Below are positions 1 through 13,610 of a stretch of DNA of 64,000 nt, one piece after another (position 1 is the stretch's first letter; the number at the start of each line of letters is the position of its first letter). Origin of the DNA: Mobula hypostoma (lineage: Eukaryota); contig NC_086097.1 in assembly GCF_963921235.1 (NCBI RefSeq), positions 49,912,001 to 49,976,000 of the forward strand. Direction: 5' to 3'. The position numbers and the translations under genes are program-made. The notes below the pieces were generated by a model. That model was not told the origin of the DNA, did no database searches, and worked only from the letters and a program-made list of their open reading frames with translations.

Positions 1-680
1 AATAATGTCAACCAGCAGCAAAACAATATAAATGTTAGAAAGCACTAGGGATTGCTAGGAATGACCAGGAGAATGAAAGAGTGAAAATCTAGAATTCATC
101 CCTCAACCTTGGCTTTCTGCGACAGACAACTCACTCTTAGTTCGTAAAAAATTTAACTGTGTTTAGAAATCCTTTGTAGTTCATAAATCTTTTGTAATTT
201 ATAAATCTTTTATAAATCAGAAATGCTCTATGGGTTTTAAATATGTGTTTAAAAAGTATTTGTCTAAATTTAAACATGTATAATTTAAAAATAAAATAAG
301 CTGTGTTTAAATTACTTCATTAGCTGGAAGTGTCTCCTCCTTGGTAGGGAGAGGAAACCCACCACTCAAATAGTGGGTATTGGCAGCTAGACAGGGAAGT
401 AAGCTAGTCCCTGAAGACTAGGTCAGTACAGTATAACCTCCATTTAATGAAGGTACCCATAGATACATACAAAGTATATATCAGGTAGGATTTAACATCT
501 CCTTCTAAGTTCAGGGCTTTGCAAACAGTGAACCAATACCATCACAACCTCTGCTCTAAACTTCTGAATAATCTCCATTTGTAAGAATTGTGAATGTCAT
601 TTAAAATCTTGGGTTGTTCTATCTTTTGCCTTTGTTCTTTTACCACCTTTCTCTTTGTTTAAAACTAATTATTTTACAAG

Positions 681-897
681 ACTCAAGATGGAGACAGCAA
701 ACATCAGATTACACTTCTACTTCAGAGGAGGAGTATAACTCAAATCACACTTCTCCTAAACACAACCGCTTGCATGCCTCAACAGCTACCCACAGCAACA
801 GAGCCCAGTCTTCCCATTCAGGAAGAACAAGACAAAATATGAACGATGTTGATGATCCTTATGAAAACTGGACTACCCACAGTGCAGAAATTGCAAG
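681..897 (+). CDS. CEP170B: CEP170B internal coding exon (SRWRQQTSDYTSTSEEEY...WTTHSAEIAR)
   Basis: AG at 679-680, GT at 898-899; peptide matches the CEP170-family SRWR..DY.STSE.E and WT.H..EIAR motifs; ends in phase 2, matching the next exon. Confidence 0.9.
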
Positions 898-1087
898 GTA
901 TTGTGAATTTTGCTTTATGCGATTGATCCTAAAACCTAAATCTGTGGTTATGTACACCATTTAGATATATATTTCTCTCTCTTTTGCCCTACATAGTACC
1001 ATACACCATTTGAAGTAAAAATCATAGGCTTGTTATCTGCCTACAGCTTGTCCATGTTGTTGCTGTTAATCCATCTGTTAAATTTGT

Positions 1088-1647
1088 TTGTCATATATAT
1101 TAATCATCTGGATGATGGAGTGGTAAATTGGATTAGTAAGTATGCAGATGATACTAAGATAGGTGGCATTGTGGATAATGAAGTAGGTTTTCAAAGCTTT
1201 CAGAGAGATTTAGGCCAGTTAGAACAGTGGCTGAAAGATGGCAGATGGAGTTTAATGCTGAAAAAGGTGAGGTGCTACATTTTGGTAGGTCTAATCAAAA
1301 TAGGACATACATGGTAAATGGTAGGGCATTGAAGAATGCAGTAGAACAGAGGGATCTAGGAATAATGGTGCATAGTTCCCTGAAGGTGAATCTCATGTGG
1401 GTAGGGGGGTGAAGAAAGCTTTTGGTATGCTGGCCTTTATTAATCAGAACATTGAGTATAGGAGTTGGGATGTAATGTTGAAATTGTATAAGGCATTGGT
1501 AAGGCCAAATTTGGAGTATTGTGTACAGTTCTGGTCACCAAATTATAGGAAAGATGTCAATAAAATTGATAGAGTACAGAGGAGATTTACTAAAATGTTG
1601 CCTGGGTTTCATCTCCTAAGTTACAGAGGAAGGTTGAACAAGTTAGG
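1088..1647 (+). mobile_element. CR1 LINE RT fragment (frameshifted)
   Basis: ORF pieces KYADDTKIGG, WQMEFN, LYKALVRPNLEYCVQFWSP. Confidence 0.9.
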
Positions 1648-2239
1648 TCAATCACCATGCCTATTATCATAAAGCTTGTCTCTGTATCCATTTTCCTTGA
1701 ATCTCAAACCTACTACAGACATACAAGTAACAGTTTTAATACAGAAACACATGGACATAAGATCTGTTCTAGTGTTTCCAGATTTCAGTTGTGCTGGAAC
1801 ATTACAAGTTTTAGAACAACTGAGTGAAGTCCTAGCTGTTAGAGTGATATTATGTTCATCATGTGGCTGAATTCTGCAAAAGGAACATTGAGAGCCAGCT
1901 CCCACTGCTTACATTACTAAAAGCAAATCCATTATACTCAAGTCGGATTTGCAAGTCACATGAAACTAGGCTCAATTCTTTGACTGGCAAAAGTGCTATT
2001 GAATGTAATGGTATTAATATTGGAACTCAGTTCAAGGGAATATTCTCCCTGGCAACTGGTTGAAAATGGTTGTGATATGAGTACACTCAAGAGTTAACTT
2101 ATTATCATGTAAGAGTTACTTTGACACATTTAAAATCTATATTAGCAGATTATGAAAGTATACTTGTTTCAATGTAATTTGTTTTTATTCCTAATAGTTT
2201 TAATTGAGTCTCACATGTATCTACTTAAACCTTTTGTAA

Positions 2240-2413
<174 letters not shown>

Positions 2414-3077
2414 TAAGAAACTTCCAGTGTGATCTTGTAAAGGTTATTAAAATATTAAAATATATTCAGGGATAATAGTCACTAATTCATTTTAAGTTGA
2501 TGATAGGAAAGTGAAGATCAGAAAGCTGATTCGGTTTAAATATTAGAAATGATCAGTTTTACTTCCCTTTAAAGTTATTTTTTTGACTTAACAGAGTCTT
2601 TAAATTTAATCATAAAGAAGCAAACAAGTACAGATACCACAAATAGACACTGTGGAAGTCCTGTTTTTTTTCTAAATTGAAAGCCAATTAGTAATGCAGA
2701 TAAGTTGAGCCTGCATTCTAGAAAGACATCTGGATTAGAAATACTTTGATCATTATTGTTTATTTGCAGGAATAATACATATTTTTAGTACTTGTGTGGA
2801 ATTTGGAAAGGGGGATGTGATGAGTGTGTTTCATATTATTCCTGATTGTGTGCAACCAGATTGATAACTTTATTTAAAAATGTATCTTTTTCTTTAACTG
2901 TTGAAACTTTTCCATTACAACAATCTTACATCTCCTTTATTGTCAATCTGTTTACTTGGACAAGGCAAGCTTTTGAAACAACTCCATTTCATTCAAATCT
3001 ATTTATTGCAAATATTTGAGAGTAGTTACAATTAAATAATATGTTGTTATATCTCACTTCCTTTTTCATTGACCCAG

Positions 3078-3116
3078 ATTTCAAAGTCATCATCAAAGAC
3101 ATCCCGTAACTCACAG
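3078..3116 (+). CDS. CEP170B: Candidate alternative 39 nt microexon of CEP170B (ISKSSSKTSRNSQ)
   Basis: Pyrimidine tract plus CAG acceptor, CAG|GTGCAT donor, stop-free, phase 0/0, between two phase-0 junctions. Confidence 0.5.
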
Positions 3117-3233
3117 GTGCATCATTTAGTTTCCATCTTTCATTTTAAAAGATGTGATTTCATATTTGCTTAATCACTGAAAAAAACACATTGTTAAACC
3201 ACGATTTTAAATACACTTTACACATTTTTTTAG

Positions 3234-3488
<255 letters not shown>

Positions 3489-3659
3489 TAAATTTATGTA
3501 TATTGTTAATGATGTCAATGTGTCATTGCAAGATGTTTTGTGTGGAATTGCTTTATAAACCATCAACAACACATTTTATTGAGATAGGCAGATAATTATG
3601 AAAGAGAATAGTCACGCTTCAAGCATCTAAAAGACTGATTTAATTAGTACAGAATTGTA

Positions 3660-4640
3660 TCATAGAATCAGAATGATGCAGTGCAGAACATGACCATTCA
3701 ATCCATTAGATCTGCAACCACTCTTTTACAGAGTAATTGGTTCTTCCCATATATCCCGTCGATTTCCTTTCCTCAAAATATTTAATTTATCTTTTTTTTT
3801 AATACTGGTTAATTTTACAATGGAATATTCTTATCATTCTGTAGTCCTTTCCTGATTCTGAATACTGTTGAGGGAAAAAAGATAACGTTTCATGTTCTGT
3901 AGGGTCCTTTTGAGATTATAGTACCTTAAACTGATACCCTCTGCTTATTCATTCTTTAGTCATTGGAAAAAGTTTCATTTGTAATTCTTACATGAGATGT
4001 AGATGATACTGGCTTATGCTCCATTTCCAATTTATGTCAAGATGGTGATGAACCACCTTCCTTAACTTTAGACTTTGGGTTGAAAACACTGTCTGTGTTG
4101 ATGAGAAAAGATTTCCAAATATTATTTTGTTTACATCATTCATCCATTCTTCATAATATTGTATGCCTCCATCAGGTTGTGTCTTCAGCCTTTTCAACTC
4201 CAAGGAAAACAAATTCTGCCTATCTATCTCTCCTCAACTAAAATATCCCATTCCAGGCAGTATCCTGGTTAATCTGCACTATTCCCTCTCTGATGCAATC
4301 ACAATCTTCCTGTAGTGCGGTGATTAGATCTGCACAGAATATTTTCAAGTGTGACTTAGTCAAAGTTTAATAAAGGCCTGCATGCTTTTATATTCTTTGC
4401 CCTAGCTAATGAAGGCCAACATTCCACATGTTGGCTTCAGCACCATATCTATTTGCTGTCCTGTGAATTTTTATGCTCAGGTCCCTCTATTCTTTAATAC
4501 ACCCTAGGGTCCTAACATTCAGTTTTTACTTAGACTTTCCAGAAAATATCACCTCACACTTGCTGGGATTAAATTCTATCTGCTATTGTTCTGCCCATTT
4601 TACCAGCTGATTATTACTGTTCTTTATATAAGACTATCCT
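3660..4640 (-). mobile_element. Highly degenerate CR1 LINE 3' portion
   Basis: Reverse-complement remnants of the CR1 RT C-terminal region (FSLE.R.L, YCVQ.W.P-like) and a CR1-type tail near 3660; edges approximate. Confidence 0.6.
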
Positions 4641-7600
4641 CCTCACTTCCTTCATTGCCATCTAAAAGGCACTCAGTTTAAAGACAATTAAGGATGGATA
4701 TTAATGGTTGCCTTGCCAGGAATGTAAACAAATAAAACAAACATACTTACTTAACTGCTTTGTTATCTGTCTAGCCACCTTCAAAATTTGAGTACAATTA
4801 TGCTTGGGTTTTGTTGTTGCATACTTTTTGATAATGTACCACTTGCTTGGTATTGTCCCTCCTCATTGCAGACAGTAACCAGAGCAAAATATATCACATT
4901 ATGCTTTTCTGCTTTGAAAGTCTTCTAGTGTTCTGCATATTTCATTGTCTTGGGTCTCTTGGTACCTGTTCTGTAATTTCCATGCTATATATTATCCCAA
5001 AAATTTGAAACGGTATAATTTTTCTCTCCAATTCTAAGTTAATAATATATATTAAGAATGGCAGAGATCCCCAGGAGATCACTATAACTCCCTTCAGTCT
5101 GAAAAACAGCCAATTATAACAATATCCAGTACTAACTCTGAATCCATGTTGCTAGTTTTCACTTTTTCTCCCATGAGTTTTAACATGGTGCATTATGAAA
5201 TGCATTTTGATGACTTTATAGACAACATCAATGGTCATGTCCTTGTCATTAGAAATGATGGCATTTGAAAGCCATAGATATAGATGTTATAGCTATGTAA
5301 TAATAAAACGGACATCAATGTAACTGCACTAAAACAGTTACCAAACTATTGGTCCATTAAAACAGCACTAATTTCATACCACAAAATTAAATATGGAATA
5401 TGTAATTTAACACATATTAAGTTTAATTACTGGGCTAAGGACCGAAATATCTCTGTTATGTGCACTAAGCCAGGTGTAGTATGGTTAGCTGCTAGCATTT
5501 TACTTTACAACATTTTCTGTACCAATGGTAGTCACATTTCAATAAATCTCAAATTAGGTACAGCTACCATTTGTGAGCTAATGATTGCCATGATTAAGGG
5601 TATTCAGATTTCTGTCACTTGGAACATCTATGGCAAGCAGACAGAGTGGGCTTCAATACCTAGGTTAGATATTAGCCTTGAACTCCGCTCAGAATCGAAA
5701 GTCTTATAAAACAACTATGAAACTTGCTTGGAGCATGAGCTGACAATCATACAGGGTATACTAGGATCTTGATGAACAACAGAACTCAGTGTCTATCTCC
5801 AGATGCAATGAAATTCAAGGATTGGGAAATTTACAATGCATGAATTCAGTATCATTGGGTACATTAAAAAAACTAGCAAAGGCAAAAGGGGTGAAATTAA
5901 AAAGTAAAAGAAGCTGAAATAATTAGAAATAACTGTAAAACAATTTGCAACCTGAAGAAATGAGTATATTGGAACTTTCTGGATGTGAGTTTGAATGGGA
6001 GTTATATCTTTAAAAGCTACCTGCTCTGATAGTTACCAATCTTAAAATTTTGTTAAAGAATTAATACGGAATTGTGACAAGTTCAGAATGGCAAAAATGG
6101 CCAGCAGCTTGTGATTTAAAACCTATAGGACTTCCTCTCTTCATCACAAGCTGGTCAGTTTTCACTATAATAAGATTATTACTTTTCTGATAAAATAACT
6201 TATTATTTTGATTCTTTGAGGTCTCCATAATAATTGTATAGGCAGTGTCCATCTGCAGTGGCATATCCTTGGGTTGCAAATTGACTTGGATGGCTATTTC
6301 CTTTAAGCCATTTGAGACCTAAAATTCTGAAGTGTATAACATGACATAATTGTAGTCATGACCAGGTTATTGTTGCGTGTGGTTTTATTTTACATGGCAG
6401 AGAATTATGTAAGCAACATCGCCGAAAATGCGATCACTTTCCAATGAGGTAACTTTATTCAAGCTGCACCCAATGTTAATAACACTAATATCTTATGTTA
6501 CATTTCTAATTACTAATGTCAAAGATGTGATTAATGTTGTGGAATGTCATTAATTACATAAGAATTGTTTCCTATCTAATTCTGCATTTTTATATAGAAT
6601 TAGTTATTTGTACATTTGTTTTAATTCCCTCAAATTACAAGGAAGCTTATGTCATAGAATTTGCTTATGTATGCAGTATGCTTCAACTATTCTGATTTAA
6701 ATGTCTAAATTTTAATTTTCTTCAAGTCAGAAGTTGCATTCCCAAATCTTAAAATATTTTTTCAAACCTAAACTGGTTAGTTTTATTACAGCAATTAAAG
6801 AAACAAAATAAGCCTGAAATAATTTATTTTCAAACTGCTTATCCAAAAAATTAAAACGTCTTGTATTTTGAAGACGAACTATTTAATGCCACCTTTATCA
6901 AACTGAGAAGTGTTGTGAATATATAGTTCTGAAAGAACCAATATTGCTTTAACAATTATCTAGTGGAAGAATTAAGAAGGATGTAAAAAGAGAACTTAAA
7001 TTTGTGACTGGTGGATAAATCCACAAAACTATATTTTTTTTAAAAAAAGTTAACTACTTTCGGACAACTTGGAGAACTTGAGTTAGTTCCATGATCTTCC
7101 AAAAAAATTCTTTAGAGTTTCCAGATGTTTTTGTTGGGCAATTTGGCAGAATCAGATGAATTTTAAGTATTCAGTTTTCTTGTGCTGCAGTGTTGCTGTT
7201 TGTTGTGGAGTGATGTGAAGGAGTAAAGAGATGAGGAAGTAATCATTCCACTCTGACCAAGGAAGTGCTCTAGTTGTATGTGCCACTTGAAAATTATTGT
7301 ATAGCTGATGGTCTTCTGAGTTCCAGATGAAACCTTGGCATTATTCATTGACACATACACCCCAAAGGTTTGTTGATGAGAAAAATAAACATTGCATTTA
7401 CCAGTTGTGTTGGTCTTTGCATTGCATAAAGGGTTACTCTTCAGTAATCTGGCTTGGCAAAGCTTTTGGGATATATCATGCTGCACAGAGGTTCTCAAAT
7501 TATTTACATAATTTGGAACTAACTTACTATAATGTACTAGAGTTCCTCCAACTCACATCCCCCAGAGGATATATCAAGTTTGAAAAACATCTAAAGAAAC

Positions 7601-8209
7601 AGTATACATACTAAGCCCAGATTTTGTAGAGATAATGATGGTAAAATCTTATGAGACTGGTAACAGATTTCAAAGTCAGTTAAATTAAAATGGAAATTCA
7701 CTTTTATTAGTAATTCACCTCTACGCCAGCCTTTGTAGCTTTCTTCAACTGTATCAAAATTAATTAATTCAACTGCCATAGATTTAAGGTACATAAAAGT
7801 AATCCCGCTGTAAAATACCCTGGGGATCTTAAAACTTTTGCAACAGTCACAACGGAGTTCTCATAACAGATTACTCAATCTTTGTGGGAGCTTTCATCGT
7901 GGTCAATACTAAGTGTTTTATATATCTCTTATTGGAAAGCTGGGGCCATTCTTTTAAGTTATTTGCATACATTCAGTTACAGCCAAGGCTTTTCATTTAC
8001 AGTTAAATCTGTATTTATACCATTTTGTTAGATATTTTATAAGTTGCACTGCGCTTTCTATTAGCTATTCCAGGAAAACAAAATCCATCTCAAGCCAAAG
8101 CTACTGTAGGATTCATGATAACTGCAATATTTTCTCTTTCAATTATTTGAATATTATTGAATATTTAATTTTTACGGCAAAAATGTTACAAACATGTGTT
8201 CCATTTTAG

Positions 8210-8298
8210 GTCATTCTGGATAATCTGATGTGGAATTCAGTTTCCCAGCTGTCACAGTTTATACGAGAAAATATGGAACAGACTGCAGCAAAAATAAA
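8210..8298 (+). CDS. CEP170B: CEP170B coding exon (VILDNLMWNSVSQLSQFIRENMEQTAAKIK)
   Basis: TTTTAG acceptor, GTGAGC donor; resembles CEP170B [21 protein letters not shown]; phases 0 to 2. Confidence 0.92.
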
Positions 8299-9147
8299 GT
8301 GAGCAAATCTGTAGCATTTTGATGTATAATTTATGAAATCAATATTAACATATTCATTTATTTGCTTCTGGATTATCATAGTCCAAACGACTGCATGTTG
8401 AGATGTCAAAACATAATTCTTTTGTAGGCAATATTGAGATACACCTGGGTGAAATATTCATTACTCTACTGCCTGTATGGTTCACTAGTATGTTATTTTT
8501 TTCCTGCATACATCTAAGATGTTAAGGGAAATTGTGAAAAGGGAGACATCTACAAAGCAGTAACCACTGGTTGTCCATCAGTTATTTTTCATAGTTGATA
8601 ACAAGGCTATGATACGATAGCTCCTAAAACATAGACACTGGATTTCGGTTAATTGGGCCATTGGTTAATCAGGGTAGCTGCTTATTTGGGACAACTCCTA
8701 AAGAACAAAAACTCAGTTGAACTCTGTCTTAGTTGAAGCTATTGTAGTGTTTTATGATACTCAGAACACAGATAAACATGCAAGCTGTCAGATTTTAATC
8801 ATTCCCTCAGGAAATCCTCACTGGCCAAATGAAAGCTGACAAATGTTCTCATTTTCTTTACATAATTTATAATTTTGGGTTGTGAAATCTGACATCTGTT
8901 GCAACGTAATATGGGTAATAGTGTAGAGGTAAACCCATTGTTTGTTTTGTCATTGCAGTCATTGACAGGGAGATCTTGTCTGAAATTCTGATTTTATGCC
9001 ATTTCAGGAAAAAAAATGTTTAAATTTCTTTACATTATGACATAATTTTTAGAACTGACATACCTTGGAGCTATTGTGCAAGTGTGGTTGGTGAAGTTTT
9101 AATAGTGTATTGATATATTTAATGTCAGTCTTAAATCTTTTAAATGA

Positions 9148-9321
<174 letters not shown>

Positions 9322-9721
9322 TGAACTACTTAAAAGGAATGGCTGAAGCAGGGTCTTGCTTCCTGTCAGTGATGCTAGCCTCATTATATCCCAGGTTCCA
9401 ACCTCATTTTGTGGTGAGGTTTTATTCTCTTTTATTTCCTATTTATTTGAGCTAAATAGTGAATGTCAGAATGCCATCATAGTTGAAATAGATCATTTTC
9501 TCAACTAGCATCTCCCACCCACAAGCTCTGTTTCCTTGTCTAATACTCCTACTACGCATCATTCAAACTATTCTGCATTGTGAAATTCATTCTTTTGCTA
9601 TTTTAGTCAATGACCCATCAAGGATATCTTAATATTGCATAGTGAAAAGCTAGTATTAATTGAATGTAGGTATGAATACATTGAAAAAGGCAAAAGTTGC
9701 TAAACAATTAGAAAATTTGCT

Positions 9722-10095
9722 GTCATCAGGAAGATGGGTCAGGACACTCAGGACCCATAACACCAGGTTCAGGAACAGTTATTAGCCCTCAGCCATCATG
9801 CTCTTGAACCAGAGGGGATAACTTCACTTGCCCCATCACTGACCTATTCCCACAACCTATAAACTTGCTTTGAAGGACTCTTCATCTCAAGTTCTCGATA
9901 TTTATTGCTTGCTTATTCATTTATTTATTTTTCTTTGTATTTACACAGTTTGTTGCCTTTTGCACATTGTTTGTCTGACCTGTATTGATTCTATTGTGTT
10001 TCTTGGATTTACTGTGTATGCCCACAATAAAATAAATATCAGGGGTGTATATGGTGACATGTATGTACTTTGGTAATTAATTTACTTTGAACATT
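9722..10095 (+). mobile_element. Rex1/Babar-like LINE 3' end
   Basis: TRFRNSY.PSAI.LLN-like tail (accaggttcaggaacagttatt) followed by a T-rich 3' UTR; similar to the minus-strand copy ending near 24575. Confidence 0.6.
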
Positions 10096-10168
10096 GAAGA
10101 GCAGAGAAACAGTACAAGTTAATAATAGTTATTCATACAATGATATTCTGATATTATATATTGTCTGT

Positions 10169-10473
10169 GTGTTGGCATGTGGCCAAGTGGTTAAGGCGTT
10201 TGTCTAGTGACTTGAAGGTCACTAGTTCGACCTTGGCTGAGGTAGCGTGTGTGTCCTTGAGCAAGGCACTTAACCACACATTGCTCTGTGACGACACCGG
10301 TGCCAAGCTGTATGGGTCCTAATGCCCTTCCCTTGGACAACATCGGTGGCGTGGAGACTTGCAGCATGGGCAACTGCTGGTCTTCCATACAACCTTGCGC
10401 AGGTCTGCGCCCCTGGAAACCTTCAAAGGCTCAAATCCATGGTCTCATGAGACGAACGGATGCCTAAAAAAAA
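10169..10473 (+). mobile_element. tRNA-derived SINE with CORE-like domain, A tail and 9 bp TSD
   Basis: A box TGGCCAAGTGG, B-box-like AGTTCGACC, core GTGTCCTTGAGCAAGGCACTTAACC, A-run tail; ATTGTCTGT at 10160-10168 and 10474-10482. Confidence 0.8.
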
Positions 10474-10514
10474 ATTGTCTGTATATGTCAGTAAATAAAT
10501 ACGTTTATAACAAT

Positions 10515-10670
10515 GACACATACAAAATGCTGGAGGAATTTGTGATGAAGTGTCTTGCACCTGAATTGTCAACTTTTTATTCCTTTCCATGGATGCTGCC
10601 TGACCTGGTGCATTTCTCCAGCATTTCGAGTTTGTTACTTTTGGATTTCCAGCATTTGCAGAATCTTTTG
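10515..10670 (+). repeat. Degenerate Penelope-type palindromic end repeat
   Basis: acacatacaaaatgctggagga ... gatgctgcctgacctg ... ctccagcattt; same family as the copies at 16.6, 22.9, 26.4, 35.8, 57.7 and 61.8 kb. Confidence 0.65.
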
Positions 10671-10800
10671 TACTTATAACAATGAACAATCTTCTAAAAA
10701 TAATGTTATTACCCAAACCTTAATACAATTATATCATTGTGAAATCTTTTTTATTAACAAATTATCTTCTGATTGTTAACTTGACTCTTTTCTATTCTAG

Positions 10801-10852
10801 GAAATCTCTTCTATTTTTAAAGACTTGAGAAGAGTTCAGAAACAATTAGATG
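10801..10852 (+). CDS. CEP170B: CEP170B coding exon (EISSIFKDLRRVQKQLD)
   Basis: TTCTAG acceptor, GTTAGT donor; conserved EISSI...LRRVQKQL; phases 0 to 1. Confidence 0.92.
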
Positions 10853-11059
10853 GTTAGTAAATTAATTGAAGCTCTATGCAATGGACTGTTTGCTATTCTA
10901 ACTGATCTTCTTTATCAATTTTCACATGTGGAAAGATACATGCAGGAAAGTTATTTCAAACATTGTCATAGATATAATTGTATTGATTCACACATGCAAA
11001 TTCCTTTCCCAGTATTTTACAAGAAGGACGGACCTACTAATATATCTCTTATTTCACAG

Positions 11060-11349
11060 TAATCAATACAATCATAGACCCCGATGGATCTCTGGATGCC
11101 TTGACTGCTAATCAAGTGCCACCAAGTTCTGCTTCAGCTATGAAGATGAAAGAAAGGACTGTTAATACAATGATCTCCTCAAAAGATTTGCCTAAATCAC
11201 CAATGCAGATACCGATGGCATACGCCCAGCAGGGCTCCAAACCACCTCAGATGTCATCTGACCCAGACAGCATTGACTCTGACACTGAGTGTAATACTCA
11301 GTATACCATGGTAGAACCAAATATAGAAGATGCCATTACAATGCTTTGA
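11060..11349 (+). CDS. CEP170B: CEP170B terminal coding exon (VINTIIDPDGSLDAL...DAITML*)
   Basis: TTTCACAG acceptor in phase 1; IN.IIDPDG.LDAL motif; TGA at 11347-11349. Confidence 0.9.
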
Positions 11350-13190
11350 AAGAGCATGTTTTGTTTTGGCCATTATTGCGCTGGTGTGTATTGTCATTGT
11401 TGCAATGTGAGGGTGATTGTGGAAAAAAAAACTGTATAGAATAATATTGTGACTGATATATTGCACAGAAAGAGCTTTTTGGAAAAAAATGGAAATTAGC
11501 AAAAAAAAACTTAGCTAGGCTGCATAACACTGTGGCAACGTGAATTCAGCATACATGCAAAATGGAATGTGACTGAAGTCGAAAACAAATATTTGAGTTC
11601 TTGACGAAGGTGTGCCATTTGAATATTACAGTATGTAACTGCCGTGCACTGAAGAACATTCTAGTTCCACAAGTTCCGTTTTGCATGTCAAGTTCAGCAC
11701 AAACTTAATGATTGAACAATGGCTCCATATTTAGCAAGTTATTACATTCTTAGTATTCTTTTGCTTTTTTATAACATGATACGATATGGACAGACTGATA
11801 CTTAACACACAGTGGTGTTTTCAATATTGGTTAATTATTTTGTGAGGGAGAAATCAATCATTGTGCTCTAACCTAATCTTTATTTTCTTGTTAACACGTA
11901 ATAGTTAAATATCTGTATTCAGATCAAGTATGTGGTATAATTTCAGCACATCACTACTATGCATGAATACATAAGGTTTTTCTAATCCTTGATGATGTTG
12001 AGCAGCCTTTAATTTTGTGGGAGGAAACCCATACACATCACCTCAATAATACGACAGTTCTAAAGCTTCCAGACAGTTTTCTAATTTAAATTATAACCAA
12101 TTCAAACTAACACAACCTCCTCAGCCAGTAAATTCTGCAAGAGCAAAATTGGGACTTCCCAACCAGAAAATAATAACGCACAAACATAACTCATACTTTA
12201 AAATGTTAAAGGTTTAACTAGGAAAGTATTGCATTTGGAACTATTTTCAGTTATATGTGCTTAAACTGAGTTTTTTTTTCTCAAACTGTTCTTTTAACAT
12301 GCTTACCTTTGCCTTCCATATTATCCCCTTTCAGCTGGGAATGCACACACCCATCCATGAACTTCCCCATAATTATAGCTAATTCCACCAGCGCATGGCA
12401 TGCCTTCTCTACTGATCTAACACGCCAATGATCACAGAACTTTTTCATAGGGAAGAATTTGCCTATGTGATATTTGTAGTTTGGATAGCTTGCATGAAGG
12501 TTTAGAATAGTAATATTAGAGCTGTCAAAGTGTCAGATAAGGCAAATGACTAAAAATGATGCTGATTTTTGAGAAGTTTCATTAATAGAAAATATTTCTC
12601 CTGTTCTTTATTGACAGAAGCATTAATGATGCCTACATTTGTGCTGATGAGCTTCAGAAACTTAATACACAAGCTCTAGAGCTGATAAACCAAGCAAAAA
12701 TCATTAAAATTGATCATATGATCATAAACGGTACAAATATGAAACATGCCCAGGACAAAGGCATTAAAATATTAATTCAGTACTAATATCTTTATATGCC
12801 ACACTGTACTACCAATATATTGCATAAATAACAGCAACAATGTTCTGTGATAACTGGAATGATAAAATAGCATATCCCTATCTTTGTAATTGTGGTATTT
12901 ATTTCAGAGACTTGGTTCTTATGAAGTTTGACCTCCTTACTGCAGATTAACCCATCTAACACAAAACCAAAACCAAAGATCTTAGCTTCTCACCTGCATT
13001 TTCTTTAAATTCACTCTTTCACATCAGTTGGTTTAATACAACTTCCAAAGGTTTATGGATCAGTTCTCACAATAATTATCCACCTTCATTTTATCATTTC
13101 CTATGATGTTAGTTAATGAACAAATGACGGTGTGAGGCTACCTATAGTACACAACACAATGGATGAATATAATTGTGGCATCTGTATACT

Positions 13191-13610
13191 AACTGCCCGT
13201 TATGCCATTGGCATTTAGGGCAGCAATGAAGGTCCTCCATTTCTGTCTGTCCTTGGCCATCTTTTGGTCTTGCCAGTGTTCAGGACTTTCTTCATCATAC
13301 CAATAGCTTCCTCTCAGTTTTCACTGCAGTCAACCTTGCAAGTCCCAGGTGGAGACTCAGGAACACCGTCGCACACAGATGTAGAAAGATCCTTCATTGC
13401 TGTTTCTGTAACAATTGTGTCTGACCAGTCAGGGTTGTTCGACGGGAGATGAACCCCCAAAACGAGAGCACTGGTGGACCGCACTTTGTCTGGCCTCCAC
13501 CCTTTGACCCTGTTTGGCATGAGTGTCCCTACCAAGAGCTCTGACTCCAGCCAACATAGCTCTCCACAACCCTCCAAACCACAACAAGGTTGTGACCTTC
13601 TTAGAAGGGT
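13191..13610 (-). mobile_element. Non-autonomous RTE-derived bipartite retroelement in the putative CEP170B 3' UTR
   Basis: 11 bp TSD ATCTGTATACT at 13180-13190 and 13611-13621; minus strand begins with an RTE-like 5' UTR (accttgttgtggtttggaggg...gagctatgttggc) and ends with an RTE-like 3' end (MAKDRQKWRTFIAAL; tgctgccctaaatgccaatggcataacgggcag). Confidence 0.7.

Noticed and set aside
8636..8720. Possible pogo/Tigger-type MITE end (gatttcggttaattgggcc...)
   Set aside because: Only one putative terminus is visible, with no matching TIR.
10172..10245. tRNA gene
   Set aside because: A/B boxes are present but there is no complete cloverleaf, and the sequence continues into a SINE body with tail and TSD.
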